This document shows, one piece after another, positions 21,601 to 32,536 of a stretch of DNA of 64,000 nt; positions within the stretch are counted from its first letter, which is position 1, and every line of letters starts with the position of its first letter. Below the pieces are notes generated by a model that had not been told where the DNA came from, made no database searches, and saw nothing but the letters and a program-made list of their open reading frames with translations. The translations under genes were made by a program, and so were the position numbers. The stretch lies in assembly GCA_043228905.1 (NCBI GenBank), contig JBHGNT010000011.1, positions 11,780,001 through 11,844,000 on the forward strand. The letters are read 5' to 3'. Source of the DNA: Azolla caroliniana. Its lineage: Eukaryota; Plantae; Polypodiophyta.

Positions 21601-23689
21601 TATTCGCATGAGAAAAAGGGGTATAAGTGTTATAACCCCTGGACTAAGCAGGTCCGAGGAAGCCAAGATGTTGAGTTCGACGAGACGACATTGTGGTACT
21701 CCCTACCAACTCCGACTTCCAACTCTGACCCAATCCCGGAGGATGAGGCCAGTGAGCCTGAACTGGTCCAGATAGAAGATGACGAGCTTGAGACTCTAGA
21801 AGAGAGTCCAGAATCGTTTCGGTTGAGTGGACCGAATGAGCGACTGGGTCAAAGTGACCAGTCAGATGAAGAACCAGCGAGTAGTGGAGACTCTATCGTG
21901 CTCTCCCTGCGCAAGGAACCGAGGAGACGGTTCACGCGCAAAGAGAAAGGGAAGCAGAAAATGTCGGAATACGAAGCCGACAATGTTGAGTCGGATCGGA
22001 GTAAATCCGACTCCGGAAAGGATGAAGGCGGATCTTCGAGAACGAAGTCCGAACTAGTTAAGAAGGGCCCCAAACCGGGTGATGACAAGTTACGCCAGTC
22101 TTCCCGCCAGAAGAACCCCGTTACGCGGTACGGGTACAATGAGTATATGACCAAAGTGGCAGAAGTGTGTCAGCCGGAGAGCTACGCAAAAGCGGCAAAG
22201 GACGCAAATTGGCGTGCCGCTATGGAGGAAGAAATGTGGGCACTCGATGCCAACGACACATGGAACCTCGTTGACCCTCCCCGACACTGTAAACCGATCA
22301 TATGTAAGTGGGTGTACAAGGTAAAGTACAATGTCGACAGTTCGGTTAACCGGTACAAGGCCCTGTTAGTGGTGAAGGGATACGCATAGACCCACGGAAT
22401 CGACTACGACGATACCTTTGCTCTGGTAGTGAAGATGACGACGATTCGTGTGGTACTGGCGGTTGTTGCGGCAAGGGGGTGGCATCTTCACCAGATGGAC
22501 GTGAAGAATGCATTTCTTCAAGGTGACCTTGAAGAACAGGTCTATATGATCCAACCTCCCGGTTTTCAGTTAGAGATGAACAAGTCAGCGGTGTGCCGAC
22601 TTAAGAAGTCACTTTACAGTATGAAACAAGCCCCTTGAGCTTGGAATGCGAAGATCACACATCAGTTGCGTAAGATGGGGTTTGCGGCCTCAAAGTCCGA
22701 CTCATCGTTGGTCATCCGGCAAGGTCCGAACGGTCTGGTTTGCATCTTACTTTATGTAGATGATTTGGTCATCACCGGACCCGAACTCAATGAAATCGGC
22801 CGACTGAAGTCCCAGTTGTCGGGCACATTTGAAATGAAGAACCTGGGGGACCGAGGTGATCCGAACCCCCGATGGCATATTGCTCTCACAACGCCATTAT
22901 GTGTTGAATATGTTGTACAAGTTCAGCATGACGGAATGTTGAACTGGCTCTACACCCCTGGACCGGAACCAGAAGCTCCGTCCTGACTCCGGACCGGTCT
23001 GCGATGAGAAACGGTTCCGACAAATTTTTGGAAGATATACTTGACAATCACTCGACCCGACATCGAATACCCGGTTGGAGTGATCAGCCAATTCATGCAA
23101 AAGCCGACCGTCGAGCACCTTCAGTGCGCACACTGGATACTCTGGTATGTTAGCGGCACGAAGAACCAGGGACTATTATACCGACATGGTATACCTGGGA
23201 AGCTAGTTGGATATAGTGATGTCGACTAGGTTGGTGATGGATTGGATCGTCGATCCACCTCCGGTTACATGTTTTCTCTAGGTAGCGCGACTATTGCGTG
23301 GAGCAGCAAAAAGCAGCCAACAGTGGCTCTGTCGAGCACTGAGGCTAAGTACCGGGCCGCGACCAATGCCACTTGTGAAGCCATCTGGCTTTGGCGACTT
23401 CTGCGTGACCTCTGGATCGAGGTACCGATCCCGATCCTAATCTACTGTGACAATATGAGCAACATTCAGCTCGCCAAGAACCCTGTATTCCATGCTCGGA
23501 CAAAGCACATAGAAGTGCATTATAACTTTGTTTCGTGAGCGGGTCCTGAGCGGGGAAGTTAAACTTCGGTATGTTCAGACGAATCAGCAAGTTGCCGACA
23601 TCTTCACCAAACCGCTCGGATCGGACAAGTTGCAACACTTCACCGAACTACTTGGTGTTCAGCATCTCAACGTGCCGCACTTGAGGGGG

Positions 23690-24346
23690 AGAACGGGCAA
23701 AGGCAAAGAAACCGGTGGCATAACGGGCAAAGGCAAAGAAACTGTTGACGGCACCGGACAAGGAACCAGAAAGGGAAGAACCAACAAAGGGGGAGACAAG
23801 AGGAAAAAGGAAGCCGAGTCTACGAAGGAAGTTGGCACATCCGAACAAGTCGGAACCAGCGGCACCAGCGGCAGAGTCAAGAAGGACAGAGTCGACCGGA
23901 AGGAGAAGGCCAAGACCCGGACATGGTCTGATGTGGTGAAGGGCCTAAATCCGGAAGACGAGTTGGAGAACACCGATTCGGACAAGAGCGGGAACGAATC
24001 AGAGACAGTTGATTCGCTTCAACAGTTGGATTCGGAGGAGTCAGATCAACTAAAGGGCAAGCGGACACAGACGCAGTGGAAGTTGACGCCAACACGAAGG
24101 AACCGACAGGTCGACAAGCGTCGGAATCGCAACAGCGAGGGAGCTAAAATGGGCCTGTTGAGCAAACAAGCCGACCAAGGAGGTCGAGTTGCACGGAACT
24201 AGAAGGGTCGCGGCAAACAAGACCGGACCGAACGAGGAGTGCAAGTAAGGCGGAGCGACGCCAGAAGGAGCCGGGTAGAAGAACCGACTGCCACAGACAC
24301 CAACACCACAATCCGACCTCAAGTTGAGCTTGAGGGGGAGTGTTGA
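23690..24346 (+). other. ~220-codon basic, low-complexity extension of the element B pol frame downstream of RNase H
   Basis: The frame of ADIFTKPLG...VPHLRG stays open to 24199. After one TAG (24200-24202) it stays open again to ...QVELEGEC* (stop 24344-24346) at the LTR boundary. Confidence 0.7.
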
Positions 24347-24352
24347 GTGAGC

Positions 24353-27300
24353 TGTTGGGATTACGGTCCCTCCGGATGGGATGTCCGGAGATGAATGACG
24401 GCAAGCCCGGTTGCGGTTACGGAACCGGATGATGAAGAGTACCCGGCATGAAGCCGGATGAAGAGTACCCGGATACGGATCCGGATGATGAAGACCCCGG
24501 CTACGGAGCCGGATGACGAATGTACCCGGAGAGAGATCCGGATGCAGGGACATATTTGTGAATATGTTTGCTAAGAGCCCTTGAGGCTATATTTGTAAAT
24601 AGCCCGAAAGTCATATATGTATAAATATGACTTAGGGCAAACAGTTTTATGTTGTTGCTCATTTTATGCAAAGTGAGAGCAGCCGAGAGAGAGAGAGAGA
24701 GAGAGAGAGACGAAGAGGTCGTTGCCTCTGTGTATTGCCGCCGCCTGTGGCGAAGACAGTGAGCTCAAGGTTGTTGCCTTGTAGCTTCACCAGTGTACAT
24801 CCCTGTTCATAGTGATAGTTTGGAGTTTGAGGACTCCCGTGGTTTTTCCCATTTAGGGTTTTCCACGCAAAACATCCAGCGTACCTTTCTCTCTATTGTT
24901 TTGTGCATTTTGTATTTCCTGTTTTCTGTGAGTTGATCCCATTCCTCGGTTGTGGCCGAGCATTGTTTTCATCAAACTGGTATCAGAGCGAACTGCTGCA
25001 GAAAATGGAAAGCGGCGGCAGCGGGCAGCCGGGAATGATGGTGCTGAATGCACAGAATTACGCCGACTAGAAGATCAAGATGGAGGATCTTCTGATTGTT
25101 CGGGACCTGTACGAACCGATTGACAGGTCGGAAATACCGAAGGGAGTACTTGAGACGGAGTGGAGGCTTCTGAACCGGAAAGCCGTTGCAACCATTCGGC
25201 AATACGTCGACGTGAGCGTTCTACAACACGTGGCGAACGACACCAACGCATATGAGATGTGGAGGAAGCTGTCGGGCCTCTACGAGAGGAAGAATGCGTT
25301 GAACCGGACCTCCCTGATGAGAAAGATAGTGAACCTCAAGTACCGGGACGGCGAGAGTATGGTGGAACACGTGAGCACGTTCATGGGATTCGTGAACCAG
25401 CTTGCGGCGATCAAGTTCCCGTTGGAGGATGCAATGCAAGCCATCATCCTGATGTGTACATTGCCGGACAGCTGGGAGAACTTGGTGGTGACTCTCAGCA
25501 CCTCCTGCACCGAAGATAACTTGTCTCTACAAACGGTAAAGACAAGCATCTTGAACGAGGAAGCGCGTCGGAGAGATAAAGAACCGGCCTCCGACTCGAA
25601 GGCGCTGCTTACCGAATCGGATCGGGGAAGACAATGGAACCGGAGTCCGCAAAGACGGGAGAAGTCGGGGACCCGGTCGCAGTCAAGAGGAAGGCCAACA
25701 TGCTTCCACTGTGGGAAGCCGGGGCACTTCCGGAAGAATTGTCGGCATTACCGAAAGGACAACGGAGCCGACGACACCGATTCGAAGAAGTCACCGGAGA
25801 GAAACGGTGCATACCGGGGAGCCACGGACCGGAGAGGTTCGGATCGGCGAGGGCAGGACCGGAAAGGAACGACGGCACTCGCGGCAAGTGAAGAAGAAAT
25901 CATGCTCATTACCGAAGAGAGGGAGCTGAACCTTGCCGGCGAAGAGATGACCTGGGTGGTCGATTCCGGAGCGTCGTTCCACCTGACCCCGGAGAAGAAA
26001 TACTTCTCATCCTACACAGCCGGTGAGCACGGCTGTGTTCGGATGGGAAATGAAGGTACATGCCGGATTGCCGGCATAGGAGACGTGTGGTTAACAACCC
26101 CGACTGGATGCAAAATGCTGCTGAAGGATGTCAGACACGTTCCGGAGGTTCGATTGAACCTGATTTCGGCCGGGAGGCTAGACGATGAAGGCTACACAGG
26201 TAGCATCCGGAACGGCGTAATGAAGTTCAGCAAGGGGAGCCTGATAGTGGCTCGGGCCCGGAAGGTCAACACACTATACCTGATGAATGCCCGGTTATGT
26301 CCGGAAGAGCTGAATGTGGCAGCCGACACTGCCGGTGAGCTGTGGCACAAAAGACTGTGCCACATGAGTGAGAAGGGGATGAAGAGGCTTGCAGAAGACA
26401 ACCTTATTCCAGTGAAGCATGTGCACCTGGAGAAGTGCACCGACTGCCTGGCCGGTAAGCAAAACCGGACCTCCTTCCACTCAAGGCCACCGACGAGACG
26501 TAGCACACCATTGGAGCTGGTGCACACTGACGTGTGTCAAGTAGAGACGAAGTCACATGGTGGAGCCCAGTACTTCGTGACATTCATTGATGACCACAGC
26601 CGGAAGCTGTGGACGGCACCGTTGAAGACAAAGGACCAAGTGTTGTGCGTCTTCAAAGAACTCCACGCGAGAGTGGAAAGGGAATCCGGCAAGAAGCTGA
26701 AAGCGATACGAGCGGATAACGGAGGGGAATACCGGGGGCAGTTCCAGGAGTACTGTCGCTCGAAGGGAATCCGACTCAAGTTTACTGTGCCGAAGACGCC
26801 GGAACTGAACGGGCTGGCCGAGAGGATGAACCGGACCATAATGGAGAGGGTCCGGAGTATGCTGGCGCATGCGAAATTACCCAAGGGATTTTGGGCTGAG
26901 GCAATGTCGACGGCGACGTATGTGATAAATAGATCACCCTCAGTACCTTTGGACGGAGACACGCCGCAGAAAGTGTGGACCGGTAAGGAAGTGTCCTACC
27001 GGCATCTGAAGGTGTTCGGGTGTCTCACATACGTGCATGTGGCAAAGGACCGGAGAGGAAAGTTGGATCCAAAGACCCGGCCATGCATATTCCTCGGTTA
27101 CGGCGACGACGAGTTCGGCTACCGAGTATGGGACCCGGTCGACAAGAAGATATTCAGGAGTCGAGATATCATCTTCATGGAGGACAAGACGCTCGCCGAC
27201 TGGGAGTCGGAGAAGAAGATGAAGAGCTCCAAGTCGACCGGTGAGGATAAACTCTACGAGGAGCAGTCCCGACCGGCAAGGGACCGGTTAACACTCGAAG

Positions 27301-29713
27301 ACCCGGCCGAAGACGGTGAAGAAACAGAACCGGCCGAAGAAGATGAAAATGATACCGGAACCGGCCCCGATCCCGAAATGGATTCGGATGAAGAAGAAGA
27401 ATCGGAAGAACCGGTTACCGAAGCTCCCGAACGGAGATATCCTCTAAGAGAGAGAAGGGCCCCCCGGAGATTTCCGGAACCAGAGCACGTGCTGCTAACC
27501 GATGAGGGGGAGCCGGAGAGCTTTGAAGAAGCAAAGCACGACACCCAGGGCCGCAGGTGGTTAAGTGCCATGCAGGAGGAGATGGATTCCCTGCATGAGA
27601 ACCACACATATGAACTTGTGGAGTTGCCGAAAGGAAAGCGGGCACTTCGAAACAAGTGGGTGTTCAAGCTGAAACCGGGAGATGCCGGAAACCCCCCGAG
27701 ATACAAAGCCAGGATCGTGGTGAAGGGGTTCCAGCAGAAGAAGGGCGTCGACTTCGACGAGATATTTGCCCCGGTAGTGAAGATGACCTCCATCCGGACG
27801 GTGCTGAGCATAGCGGCAAGCATGGACCTCGAGGTAGAACAGATGGACGTGAAGACGACATTCCTTCATGGTGACCTCGAGGAAGAGATCTACATGCAGC
27901 AACCGGAAGGATTCGAGAAGAAAGGGAAGGAGCACCTGGTATGCCGGTTGAAGAAGAGCCTTTACGGACTGAAGCAGGCTCCCCGGCAATGGTACCGGAA
28001 GTTCGACTCCTTCATGACCGACGAAGGGTACAACAAAACGCAGTCCGATCACTGCGTGTTTGTGAAGAAGTTCGAAGGAGGAGACTCACTAATACTCCTC
28101 CTGTACGTGGACGACATGTTGATCGTCGGACGGGACCAGGTCAAGATACGGATGCTGAAGAAAGCGCTTCACCGAACCTTCTCAATGAAGGACCTGGGTC
28201 CGGCGAGGCAATTACTAGGGATGCACATCATCCGGGACCGGAAGAAGAAGCAGTTGTGGCTGTCACAGGAGAAGTACGTGACGAAGGTGCTTCACCGGTT
28301 CAACATGTCGGAAGCAAGGCCGGTCGGATCGACCCTCCCGACAAACTGCAAGCTGTCCAGCAAGCAAAGCCCCAAGACAAAGGCTGAAAAGGAGGATATG
28401 ATGAAAGTGCCGTATGCCTCAGCCGTCGGGAGCTTGATGTACGCCATGGTGTGTACGAGACCGGACATAGGATATGCAGTCGGAGTGGTGAGCCGGTACA
28501 TGAGCAATCCCGGCAAAGAGCATTGGAACGCGGTCAAGTGGATACTCCGATACCTGAAGGGCACGGCAAACGTGTGCCTCCGATTCGGCTCCGGTAAGCC
28601 CGAACTCGACGGCTTTACTGATTCGGATATGTCGGCTGATGCAGATACCAGCCGGTCCACATCAGGGTATGTGATGACGTATGCAGGAGGAGCTGTTTCG
28701 TGGCAGTCGAGGCTACAGAAGACAGTTGCGCTGTCAACCACGGAGGCGGAGTACATGGCGGCTGTTGAAGCCGGCAAGGAAATAATATGGATGAAGGACT
28801 TCATTAGAGAGCTCGGTATCCGGCAGGAGGAGTACCGACTCTACTGCGACAGTCAGAGTGCCATCCACCTTGCAAAGAACGCGGCCTATCACTCCCGGAC
28901 GAAGCACATCCAGCGAAGATACCACTGGATCCGGGAAAGGATAGAAGACAAGGAGTTCGTGCTGACGAAGGTCCACACGGACGAGAACGGGTCGGATATG
29001 CTGACCAAGGTGCTCACACCCGACAAGCTGGAAGCATGCCGGAAGAGGATCGGATTGGAGAGACATCCCATGCCGGAGTGAAGGGGAAGTTTGTTGGGAT
29101 TACGGTCCCTCCGGATGGGATGTCCGGAGATGAATGACGGCAAGCCCGGTTGCGGTTACGGAACCGGATGATGAAGAGTACCCGGCATGAAGCCGGATGA
29201 AGAGTACCCGGATACGGATCCGGATGATGAAGACCCCGGCTACGGAGCCGGATGACGAATGTACCCGGAGAGAGATCCGGATGCAGGGACATATTTGTGA
29301 ATATGTTTGCTAAGAGCCCTTGAGGCTATATTTGTAAATAGCCCGAAAGTCATATATGTATAAATATGACTTAGGGCAAACAGTTTTATGTTGTTGCTCA
29401 TTTTATGCAAAGTGAGAGCAGCCGAGAGAGAGAGAGAGAGAGAGAGAGACGAAGAGGTCGTTGCCTCTGTGTATTGCCGCCGCCTGTGGCGAAGACAGTG
29501 AGCTCAAGGTTGTTGCCTTGTAGCTTCACCAGTGTACATCCCTGTTCATAGTGATAGTTTGGAGTTTGAGGACTCCCGTGGTTTTTCCCATTTAGGGTTT
29601 TCCACGCAAAACATCCAGCGTACCTTTCTCTCTATTGTTTTGTGCATTTTGTATTTCCTGTTTTCTGTGAGTTGATCCCATTCCTCGGTTGTGGCCGAGC
29701 ATTGTTTTCATCA
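24353..29713 (+). mobile_element. Very young Ty1/copia element C (Tnt1-like polyprotein) inserted 12 bp into the 3' LTR of B; LTRs 24353-24974 and 29092-29713 (622 bp each); TSD TGAGC
   Basis: The two LTRs appear identical by eye, including the (GA)13 tract. TGAGC occurs at 24348-24352 and 29714-29718. PBS TGGTATCAGAGC (tRNA-iMet type) at 24978; PPT GAAGGGGAAG just before 29092. Confidence 0.97.
25005..29081 (+). CDS. Copia Gag-Pol polyprotein of element C (1333 aa open from 25080; the upstream in-frame ATG 25005 is cut off by a TAG at 25068-25070)
   Basis: Motifs: CFHCGKPGHFRKNC knuckle, WVVDSGASFH protease, LWHKRLCH, integrase (VHTDV, DNGGEY, NGLAERMNRT), RT (QMDVKT, LLYVDDML) and RNase H (DSD, EAEY, DSQSAI, HSRTKHI). 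Confidence 0.95.
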
Positions 29714-32536
29714 TGAGCAAGCTCAACCGGATCCGGATCAGCTGAATAAGCGAAAGCCAGATCGGCATACGGAAGGATGAGCCGGATTGGTATCCGGAAA
29801 CAACCGGTCGGATCGGGGAGACGGATAGGCGAGCCGGATTCGAGTGCGAACCGGAAGCCTAGTCGTAGCCTAGACTACTTTTCTCATAGTTAGTGTCAGT
29901 CGTTCGTATGAGCATTGAAGTACATAGTACTTCTGTCAGTCCTTTTGAGGACTTGTATAAATAGTGTTGTTTAGCACATTGTATGTACAAAGTTACAGAG
30001 TGTTTTCATTTTTTAATCTACATTTACGTTCTGCTCTCTCTCTATCTCTCCCGCGTATACGCTATGTGTATTAAGCTTCTCCATTAAACCTTCATCTTAT
30101 TCTTTGTCGCTATCCGGTTGAGCCGGTTCTGTCTAACGCTTCCGCATGTTAACATTGACAACTACCCCTCTCGATCAAAACTTAACGCTAGATGCCAAGT
30201 CTAGCACAAAAGAGTGTGAGTCGACCTTCTATCGTCAGCTAGTCGGGAGCCTAATCTACCTCATCGTTACTTGACCCAATCTCAGTTACTCGGTCAGCCT
30301 CCTTAGCTAGTGCATGCAAACTCCACGTGACATTCATCTCGATTGTGCTAAGCAAGTACTAAGGTATGTGAGTGGGACCATGGATTACGACATCCTCTAC
30401 AAATCGGTCACATCAATTCGACTCGAAGGGTACACCAATGCCTATTGGACCAACTACAAAGCCGACAGAGGATCTACCTCAGGGTTCGTCTTCTCCCTCG
30501 ACAGCAGAGCCATATTGTGGAGTAGTAAGAAACAGCCAACAGTTGCAATGTTGAGCACAGAAGTAGAATACAGGGGCATGGTCATGGCAACATGTGAAGT
30601 TGTTTGCCTGAAACGAATCTTGAAGGATCTGGGCGTTCCCACCAAGGATTCGATTCTCCTATGCTACAACAACATGAGCAACATCCACCTGGCTTGCAAC
30701 CCAGTATTCCACGCTCGAACTAAGCACATTGAGATGCATTATCACTTCATTTAAAAGTGTATCTTGGCCAGAGATGTCGGCCTGCAACACATCAAAACGA
30801 ACCTACAAACGACCAACCTCTTCACAAAGGCCCTGGGCGCCGACAAGTTGCAGTAGTTCACGACGAACCTAAGTCTTTCTATTATCGACCAGCCAAGCTT
30901 GAGGGGGAGTATGGTTGAGGAGTCGCCCAACATGGAGCAGAACGAACACAGGAGTGAACCCGCTATCTTAAGCCGAAACCGGAGTTGACTCAAAGCCGAC
31001 CCGAAGACCAGTGACCAATCCAAACCAGCCATCCGGTGACTAGCGACCGAAAGTTGCGTTTGAATGGGCGTGTTTAGAATCAAACTCAACTTCCTTAGTG
31101 TGGGAACACACTTTAGTATACTCAAGTGTGTGAACACCACACCCCTTTGTATAATAACTAATGTGTCATAGAAGTTAATACCCTATGACAGAGTAGTTAA
31201 GACTCCACCTCTTTTCCAAGAGGCGGTTCTAGTGAGAGAATTTAGAGAGAAGGTGACTACATAAGTACCTTCTCCTTCTCTGTGTAATTGTTGGCTTTTC
31301 TTGCTCTTGTTAATACAGTTTTCCTTTTTTTTGTATACACACACACACACACACACACATATCTCTTCCGCTGCACAGAATCACTCCCAATTCTTTACAA
31401 TTGTGAAATCCCTTTGTAATCTCATGTTCTTTAGGCCAATCAAGTGTTTTGTTCTTAACATCCCACACTAATCATTGTTCGACGTGCTGCTCCTTTCAAC
31501 TCTAAGGAGCTTTTGGGTCTTACTAACCTTTGATTCTAACAAGCCTTCGAGTTTGACGAGTCTTCGAGTCCCACAAGCTTTCCATACTAAGGATCCTTTG
31601 AGTTTGAAGAGCCTTCGACTCTAAGGAGCCTTCAACTACTCTGAAGAGACTTTGATGAGCCCTTGACTCTAGGGAGTTGTTAGAGTCTAACTAATTAATT
31701 ATGCAAAACATAAGGAATTATTGACCAAATAAAGGAAAACGAGGTGTCAAACCACCCGACCACCCCCTAGCAATGACATGAGACAAACTTGCACCTCCTC
31801 GATGACCCATACCATCAAGGGCTGATGCAAGTCGTACATTGGGTTCTACAAGAAACGCATGTGCGTAGCTAACAAGAGCCATAATCACATTGTCATAGTC
31901 CCAACATAAGTCAAGCCTTTCCTTAAAACAAGGTAGCTAGCCTCCTTATATAGGTAGAAACCCTAGGCCCTAGTGTGTTCACACTTGACTGCTTTATTTG
32001 AAGGGTAAAGTAATAAAACACTTAATAGTTATCCCACACCCTGGAATTGAATATTACAATTTATACCTCGTTCCTTTCAGATTTAATCCACATGTACTCA
32101 TCAGATTAGGGAAAACTGCGGAAAACATATCTGATGATCAATTTTGATTATGCACATAACATGAGCCCTCGACTCTAGGGAGCCTTCGACTCACCACATT
32201 TAGAAACTCGAATCAACCCATCCTCTCCGGTTCAAGTCCTCGGTGGTCTTGCTTAAATTTCACATGCACGCACATAACTTCACAAGAACATATTAAACAT
32301 GTGATGTGAAAATATATTGTGAGCATAACATAGAGCCTACGGACATGTTGGATAAATAGTATGATCTCATCTAATGAAGTGGCATGTTCTAGAAATATGT
32401 GTAAATGCTTTACACATGTTGTTGTTTCATCCATTGAATTTGGTTTGGTTGATCCTAAGGGGTAGGTCATATATATGAAGGTTTGTCATTCTTATTGAGC
32501 CATTTATAATCCTCATACAAAATAAGGCTTATTGGT

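Larger units (their letters stand above)
18908..30160 (+). mobile_element. Ty1/copia element B nested in the RT of A (5' LTR 18908-19342; 3' LTR 24341-24352 + 29719-30160; TSD ACTAC)
   Basis: ACTAC occurs at 18903-18907 and 30161-30165. PBS TGGTATCAGAGC at 19343; PPT TTGAGGGGGAG at 24330-24340. Gag, zinc knuckle, WYVDSGASNHM, integrase, RT ([18 protein letters not shown]) and RNase H are present with scattered stops and frameshifts. Confidence 0.95.
16452..31399 (+). mobile_element. Ty1/copia element A (decayed; LTRs 16452-16769 and 31071-31399; TSD ATTGT)
   Basis: TG...CA LTRs with ATTGT on both sides (16447-16451, 31400-31404) and PBS TGGTATCAGA at 16770. Gag, protease (WFVDSSASNHM), GAG-pre-integrase (WHKRIGH) and RT/RNase H ([18 protein letters not shown]) remnants are present. 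RT rejoins as VTT|PLDQ across the element B insertion. Confidence 0.93.
15735..31460 (+). mobile_element. Probable old solo LTR (15735-16451 joined to 31405-31460) into which copia A inserted
   Basis: It starts TGTCG and ends TTAACA, and contains TTATAAAAG followed by a purine tract and a CT-rich segment, like the LTR at 32537. No TSD was found, so the boundaries are tentative. Confidence 0.35.

Noticed and set aside
24050-24553. Antisense ORFs over the C LTR (also 29014-29292) and within the GC-rich pol regions
   Set aside because: A by-product of stop-poor, CCGG-rich sequence. The 24050 ORF crosses the junction between two different elements, and there are no recognisable domains.
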